From NCBI GenBank assembly GCA_951406725.2, contig OX597824.1, forward strand, positions 1,116,001-1,180,000: DNA of 64,000 bases, written 5' to 3'. A program made the translations under genes and the position numbers. The notes beneath the pieces were generated by a model. The model was given only the letters and a program-made list of their open reading frames with translations, was not told where the DNA came from and ran no database searches. Shown piece after piece: positions 56,501 through 64,000 of this stretch (the stretch's first letter is position 1; the number at the start of each line of letters is the position of its first letter). This DNA is from Octopus vulgaris. Lineage: Eukaryota.

Positions 56501-56662
56501 TTGCTTGTATTGATTCCGTATATTCTTTGGGAAAAGTAAATGAAACAAACGTCTCTGGAATGAAGCGTTCGATAATGCAATAACGCGTCTAAACATCACT
56601 CGCTGGAGCTTCTCCAATGTTAATAGATTACAAAGTTAGTTTGTTTACCATATGTTTCGCAC

Positions 56663-56709
<47 letters not shown>

Positions 56710-57756
56710 CGTCTGTCTGTCTGTGTCTCTTTGTCAAACAAATTCTGTAAGCAATGTTTGCACTAATCATTTGGCGACTCTTTCTTTTGCTTATAATATT
56801 GGATTCATACCCTACCACGTCCATGACTAGCAAAACTCCTCATTCTCCAAAAAAAAAAAAAAAACAGAGCTGTCACTGGCCAGAGATTATGATTTAGTAA
56901 CAAACACCGTGCTTTCGTTAATTGTCTTTTGATTCCTATTAGTCGCAATCAATCAGTGAAAACCTCTCAGCCTCTTCATCCTTGATCCAATGAAACACGG
57001 AGGAAGTAACTACTGGAAGGAAAGAGGACTGCATCAATAGAGAGCGAGTACGTACTCCTTTTCAGCCGTGTTGAGGGGGAAAATATGAAAGGAAATGTGT
57101 TGATCAAGCATGCAACACGCTATCCGGCTCCAGAATCAAACCCGTGGCCTTACAATCATCCTCAGCAGAAAATGAACTGAAGCAGAATGCTGTTGCAGCT
57201 CTCCCCTCCAGCTATCACGTTGCTGGTGTCCCACTGGCTCAAGGACTGGAGGTTCAATGGCATATGTATATCATATCACAACTCTAAAGACACCTGAAAC
57301 AATCGGTTGCCAAGCTATACTCACTAATGACGACTGTTAAGCTTTATCGTAGTCAGAAAGTTTGTACTATTTGCACGAGTTAGCCAGCGACGGTGTACAT
57401 CCCAGATCCATCTACTTGTAAAATTAACTTCTTTGCCCTAAACACATTAACACAATTGATCGAGTTGAATATTTGGAGTATCGACTAATAACCGTTTAAC
57501 CGTACAATAGAGTAATGCACATTTGAAATATATCACCAAAAAACACATGGTATATATATTATGTTCGATTAAGAAAAATGAACTTGATTGAAATGCCTTC
57601 TTTGCGAATAAAATATACTGAGCTTCGTTGGGATGTGGTCATCAACACAATATCATAATTTTTGATATATTAACAATTAAGCTACCATGATTTGCTTTTT
57701 CCTTTTTCTTTTACATTGAAGGGACTAAATACGGCTCTACATCTTTTCCTTTTCAG

Positions 57757-57944
57757 TGTTACGATCAAATACGTATGATAGTAGTGAAGACTACTTTAAT
57801 GTACAGTTTACAATTAGTACATTTAATGACACATCCTTAATTGGAAAAACGGTATACGTCGGAGCTGCTGTCATGATGGGACCCGATTATATCTGGACGA
57901 CGCGCAAACCAATTCTGATAAAAGACGTTCAACCATTCACAGAT
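57757..57944 (+). CDS. Exon 9, repeat 2 C-part
   Basis: Acceptor cttttccttttcag; (M)LRSNTYDSSEDYFNVQFTI...VYVGAAVMMGPDYIWTTRKPILIKDVQPFTD; donor GTAAGA at 57945; phases 1/0. Confidence 0.88.
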
Positions 57945-58077
57945 GTAAGATTAAAGTTATTGTATTTCATTAAGCTAGAAATACCCTGGGTGCAACCGTA
58001 TAACACATACACGCCAACACACACATAAACGTATCTCAGAATTATATACATACATGCATATCTACCTCTCTCTTTTT

Positions 58078-58250
<173 letters not shown>

Positions 58251-59103
58251 TCAAATCTTTTTATTTGTCATTTCTCCCTCGTTCCCTATCGGTTTGTGTG
58301 TGTGTATACCAGAAAAATAAGAAAAGTAAGCACAACCAAGTGGGGAAGTACCCAGTACAAGAACCAACACCAACCGTACAAAACAATGCAATCAGCTTCC
58401 GACACTAAAGATCACGACAATTTCGGTACATTATACACGAATACATAAACAAAAGCATATCTAATCTGAGTCTAAGCAGTTAATTTTGGTGCAGGAAGCA
58501 AGTGTCGTACTCCCGAAGTGTCTGCGTACGTGTGTAGGATTTTTCTTTGAGATTAATTTAAGTTTCTCTTGAGAGAACTCAAGCCGGCTGCTAACAAAGC
58601 AACACGACATTTTAAGAGAATTCCCGGGGTTTGTGAATTTGTAGTTGAGTTGGTAAGCGGGTGGAACTGTCGATGCATGCACCCAAGTGTGTGTACCAAT
58701 TCTCATAAGAATCTCACATGGAGAATTTCTGGAAGGTCTTACTAATCTTCACCGTGCCCCTAATAGATTAGATTTGAAGAATCTGCGTCAGTTGCTGTTA
58801 TTCTTCAAATAACAAGCCAAATATTTCTAAGTTTTCGTGCAAATTTGTTGGTACATAACCTAATGCACCTATGCTGAGGAGTACAAATGAGGATTCATAG
58901 TCAAGCTACAAAAATCTACATTAATTCGCCAAAGATGTTCTTATTTTGTATGTATGTATGTATGTATGTATGCATGTATGCATGCTGACATTCACAATAG
59001 TGTTTGACGTTTGTCGTTTGCACCAAATTCATGTTTTTATTGGGGTGTCCCACCGATATTGCTTCTTTTTAAATGTATGAGTACCAGCTAGTTGGGACAT
59101 GGA

Positions 59104-59448
59104 GTATGTACGTATGTATGTATGTATGTATGTATGTATGTATGTATGTATGTATGTATGTATGTATGTATGTATGTATGTATGTATGTATGTATGTGTG
59201 TATGTATGTATGTATGTATGTATGTATGTATGTATGTATCCAAGTATGTATGTATGTATGTATGTATGTATCCAAGTATGCATGTATGTACGTATGTATA
59301 TATGTATGCATGCATGCATGTATGAATGTATGCATGTATGTATGTATGTATGTATATATGTATGCGTGTATGCATGTATACATGTAAGTATGTATGTATG
59401 TATGCATGTATGCATGTACATATGTATGTATGTATGCATGTATGCATG

Positions 59449-59482
<34 letters not shown>

Positions 59483-59558
59483 TGTATGTATGTATGCATG
59501 TATGCATGTATGCATGTATATATGTATGTATGCATGTATGCATGTATGTATGTTATGT
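59104..59558. repeat. (ATGT)n microsatellite
   Basis: Direct reading. Confidence 0.97.
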
Positions 59559-60080
59559 CAGGTCGTACAACCTGTTGTATGGTCGGGTCGTCGGCGACTA
59601 AACCGGCAACCCCACCGAGCTTGCTTGGCGAGGAGGGTGTTTATTGGACACCCTGCGTGATGAAAAATAAAATCCGTCAAAGGGCGGAGGAACTCTTGAG
59701 AGTCATCGGCCATCCAATAAATGTCTTAGGCTGTATCATGCACGGGGACAGAAATAATCGGACTGAATACCCGCTCGCGCGATTAAACCATTGGGAGTGA
59801 AGGACTCCTAGCCTTTGTTAGGGCATCCTTCAAGGAGAAGGTAACTCAGGTAACTGGGATAACTCCGACATAAAACCTGCGGCTCCGTGGTTACCGATGA
59901 TGTTGACTTGTTCTTCTTTTCGGATTATGGCTGCTGTTGCTTAGTGAGTGGGATTGACTCAGTGCACAGCCTTTCCTCACTTTAAACAAAAATCTTCTTA
60001 CACAGGTATTGCACGATAACAACATTGATTAAGCTTCGTGCAATGGTCAGACTCGATAACGAGGGGGGGGGGCAGCCACC
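59559..60080 (+). mobile_element. Non-autonomous retroelement embedded in (ATGT)n, copy 2
   Basis: Near-identical to 3511-4060 but lacks ~32 nt after caggtc; ATGT flanks. Confidence 0.85.
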
Positions 60081-60499
60081 ATGTATGTATGCATGTATGC
60101 ATGCATGTATGAAAAGAAAGAACTAATGCAGCAGGCTTTTTACGATGTGAGGAGAATATTAACAAAATGTGTGAATTACATTTCAGCCGAACCAGCCATT
60201 TATAGAGGAAAAATAGTGTTTAGATTCGTTACGAGAAATTCCAGCTACCTTTCGTGGTTTGCTACCTCAACAGTTCTTTCATCGGATCCAGTGGCTAAGG
60301 ACATCATCAGGAAGAACTACGCCCGGTTTCGGCCCCTATTCATTTACCATCTTCGACGTGGCGCACCCCGCTACCTTTCGGTGTTGACTGTACTTTTCTT
60401 TTCTGTTTTCTTTGGCCTTTTGTTCTTTGGCTTCGTCGATGTCATCGGGAGAATGACCATACTGCCAAATCTCCCATTAAATACTTGCTGGTAGGCTCC

Positions 60500-62470
60500 A
60501 GCAACCAGCGCCAGCTAATTGTCACGTGACACAATCTAAGCTTCAACTGACCAATGAAGGGGAAAGGTACGTAGTTTTGGTTCGCGCCCTCTCTAGACCT
60601 ACCTTCCAACAGAATCGTGTTAGTTTCAGATCCAGCAGCCAGGGCCGACTAGTTGTCTGGTTGTAAAAGCCTTCCAACTATCGGGGAGTAGGGGGCGCAA
60701 CGAGCTAGATGCTTCCCTTGATCAACTCGTCGGAAAGCAACACTGTTTAAGTGCCAGCCAGCCTCACCTAGCGACGCTATTTCTCAGTCGGCATGTTATG
60801 GATTTCGAGGCATTTCGGGTCTTCTCGTTTCAGCCATATATAGAAGCTGATTTTGTCGACTGACCCCTATATAATCCTTATCACTTTTCTCAGCTCTGAG
60901 CTCGAAAATGCATACCTTTAAAATAACGTCACCATTTTCTTTCAATGCAGACCCCCCCCCAACTGCCAGATGGTTATACTCGACAGTCAACCCCTGTTCC
61001 CAACATTCTTCGATTAATCTCTCATACCTCTTCTTCTGTTGCTCTGCATCAGCGATGTTCTTTTCCCATGGCAATATCAGCTCTAGCAAAATTCCAATTT
61101 TTCCTTCTGTCCGATCTTTTTGTTGCTTTTATGAATGGAAATCTGCGGCCACCTTCCAGTATCCCTTCCATCTTTGGTCTGTCTCGTACATTGCTTTTGA
61201 AGGCCTGGTCTTAGGTCCTTTTCCCCCTTACGAGTATATCTTTCCGCACTTTCCATTTTGGGTACTTTCCCCTATTATATCCATCGATCGTTTCCTTGAG
61301 TGCTGCGTTTATGGCACCTGGGATGATTGTTTTGCACAGTCGATGGCAAATGCATGTCCTATGCACCAAAGGACTCCAGAGATCCCTGCCTTTTGGATTG
61401 ATTCATTAACATATCCGTTATGCTGTACGAATCTTATGATTCGTCTGGCAATGATTCCAAACATGATTTTCCTCATCGGTATTTAATAGTGAAATGTGTC
61501 TGAATTGACCTAGTGTTTTTGCCTCCTTCTCTTTAGGTAAATAGATACCTTCAGCTATACACCATCACTCTGCTGCGTCTTCCTTCTTCCACATTTCTCT
61601 TATCAATGCAAATAGTTGTAAACGCAATTTCGGGCAATACTTATAAGCCTTGTAGCTAAACCCGTCGTTCCCTGGTGAACTCTTTTTCTCTTGTCTTTCT
61701 AATGAACTCATCCATTTCCTTCCGTCTGGTGTTACTCAAATCGAATGCTACTCTTGTTTCAGGTGCTTTCTTCAGCCTGTGCATTTCTGGGAGTTCTTTA
61801 TTTCTATCAGCGTCGCTGTGTGTCTCTTCAAGATGGTGCTCGAGCTCTTCTTTTGTCCAATCCAATCTTCCGCTCTTACTTTCAGTAAACAAACGTTTAG
61901 CATTTTGATAAGGGTTGTTTACAAAACTACGATAGTTTTTTCCTTTCTTCGCTTCTTCCTTCTTTCCTTCCTTAGTTATTCTCGATGCATTTTTTTCTAT
62001 CTTTTCCTATCATTGTTTTAGCCCTTCTCTTTCCTCTTCCTTTGCATCCCTCCATCTGGGTCTTAGTTTCTTTTCTTCTTTTTTTCATTTCCTTGCGATC
62101 TGTCTTTCTCTCTTCGATGGTCCACCCTTTGCCGATGATTCTCCATCCCCTGCTGCTTCAAGTCCAAATGTTTTCTCTCCTTCATGATAGATCATATTAG
62201 CCAAGTTCTCGAGCCTTTTTTTCGTTGTCTCCTTTGAATTTCATGGTCGTTCTTGCTACCACGTCGTCGAATTTCTTATAGCTTCCTGCATCATTTACTT
62301 TCAGCCACTTAACCTTTGGTTTCTTCACGCCTTTATCTTTTCTTGGCTGTTCCGATTCAACTGCAGATGGACCTTCGCTATGGTTTCTTTCCAGGGGTTT
62401 CTAGCCACACGTCTTCTGGTTTTTTAACTCGCGCTGGTGAATCACTTTCTTCTGACACCTTTCCTTGGTG
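60500..62470 (-). mobile_element. HERO/R2-group-like non-LTR retrotransposon remnant, internally deleted
   Basis: LELILPWEKNIADAEQQKKRYERLIEEC (REL ELTVPWE-like) and LEHHLEETHSD..R..EL; PGNDG..YKAY..CPKL near 61630-61680. Confidence 0.7.
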
Positions 62471-62606
62471 AATTCTAAGCCCGATGTAACTAGAAAACCA
62501 TTTTACATGAACAGTAAAAGAAAATTTTATTCTAAAACTTTTATTTGCTGAACTTTTAAATATTTTGTCATTTATATATGTTTATATATATATGGGTTTT
62601 TTTTAG

Positions 62607-63056
62607 GCGCAGACCGTTCAATCTTCAATTGATGGAGGGAAACTAACTGTCCGCGCCAATGAACCAGCCATCACTTTCATTCATCTTCACATTCCAAATG
62701 AAGGCGTATGTAACATCGCTATCAAATTGAGTTTACCGCCAGTTTCATTGTCATCATTTGATATTTGCAAATTATCTGTAGTAAGCAGCGGAATCAACAT
62801 ACCTTGTATGAAAGAGAAGCAAAAGTTCTATCTGAATGCGGAAGGCGAAGCATTTTTGAATCTTGGAACAGTAAAGGCATTCAAGGCAGGCAACGAAACA
62901 GATAATGGAATTATAATACAACTGGTAGTTAAACCCAGAGCCTCTATTACAAAAGGAACTTACGTTGTAAATGCAGAAGTAACGTCGGAATCAACGACAA
63001 CCGATGTCAAACAGTTGACTTATAACGTTAATGTTTTCAACGACTCCATTACAGCA
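62607..63056 (+). CDS. Exon 10, repeat 3 (gene continues beyond window)
   Basis: Acceptor ttttttttag; 150 open codons AQTVQSS...FDICKLSVVSSGINIPCM...AFLNLGTV...NDSITA; donor GTAAGA at 63057; phases 0/0; no stop codon reached. Confidence 0.88.
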
Positions 63057-63155
63057 GTAAGAATCAATTTTTGTATACATCATTAACTGTTTTAACATTT
63101 CTTATCAAGAAAACTTGAGTTAACAAAATTAAAATGTTTATTATGTAAGCATATA

Positions 63156-63283
63156 CGAGGGGTGTATGAAAAGTCTTGAACCTCAAAAAAACCAACAAAA
63201 ACATGGTACAAGACTTCTGATGAAGGTACATGACTTCAAGGCTCGAAGGTCTTGAAGGCCCAAATCTTTTCATGCATCCCTCG
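63156..63283. mobile_element. 128-bp mariner-type MITE
   Basis: TA|CGAGGGGTGTATGAAAAG ... CTTTTCATGCATCCCTCG|TA imperfect TIRs. Confidence 0.75.
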
Positions 63284-64000
63284 TATATCTACACGCACAT
63301 GCCCGCCCACGCGCACATACCCACCCACGCGCACATACGCCCACAAATACATCATATATGTATATACGGTGCCCCAGCTTGGCCACAGCCTCAAAGTTGA
63401 AACATGTATAAGAATAAGATACACACACACACACATATATATATATTCAACAAAAACAATAATAATATTTAACAAAAATATCTTTATATGACGGTTCGAC
63501 CGTCTTCCAAGCAAATCGGAAGGAGTAATTGAAGTAGATGGTGAATATGCTCCGGAATAATCATTTAAAGATGTTTTTGTTACATGTTGTTATTGCCTTT
63601 GTTGAATAAAGTTTGTTGAAAAAAGCCGCAATAGTTATGCACCAACCCAATATACCTATATCTATCTCTATATATAATATATATACTTCATGACATACTT
63701 AGATTGTTGAAAAAATCGATAATAGGGCCCACCCAACAGATCCTCCTATCTACTACATATTACTAATATGTTATTTAAACGCCCCAAGGGAAATAACCCT
63801 TACCAGCCAACCTAATTCTGCATTTCACTACTCACAGTTTTGAACTGCTAAACATTATTATTGTACTTCCTTAATTTGTTTCTTAAACACTAAGGACTTC
63901 ATTCACACATTTCTATACATACATACTTTTCTTGAATGTCCATTACTCTGATAATTCTGCATTTTTGCAGTTACACTTTTTCCATGACAGTGGATAAATT

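Overview
AT-rich, microsatellite-saturated animal genomic DNA. The SINE, LINE and microsatellite content is typical of an octopus/coleoid cephalopod; this is inferred, not searched. One + strand protein-coding gene can be rebuilt by hand from 10 GT-AG exons whose phases all join in frame: 23080-23134, 29599-29638, 40140-40225, 44944-45202, 46261-46417, 49331-49603, 53855-54082, 55903-56200, 57757-57944 and 62607-63056. Together they give 2034 nt / 678 aa, and the gene runs off the window at the 3' end. Its architecture is signal peptide, EGF-like domain, one cadherin domain, His-rich linker with an RHKR furin site, then at least three ~150-165 aa repeats I do not recognise. The rest is decayed mobile DNA: R4/Dong-like, HERO-like and RTE LINEs, Penelope-like elements, three tRNA-derived SINE families, mariner and pogo-like elements and a Helitron-like element. 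The most striking non-coding signal is a set of hammerhead ribozyme motifs, including a 352-bp inverted repeat in intron 3 with an intact hammerhead in each arm. Most ORFs in the supplied track are microsatellite artefacts.
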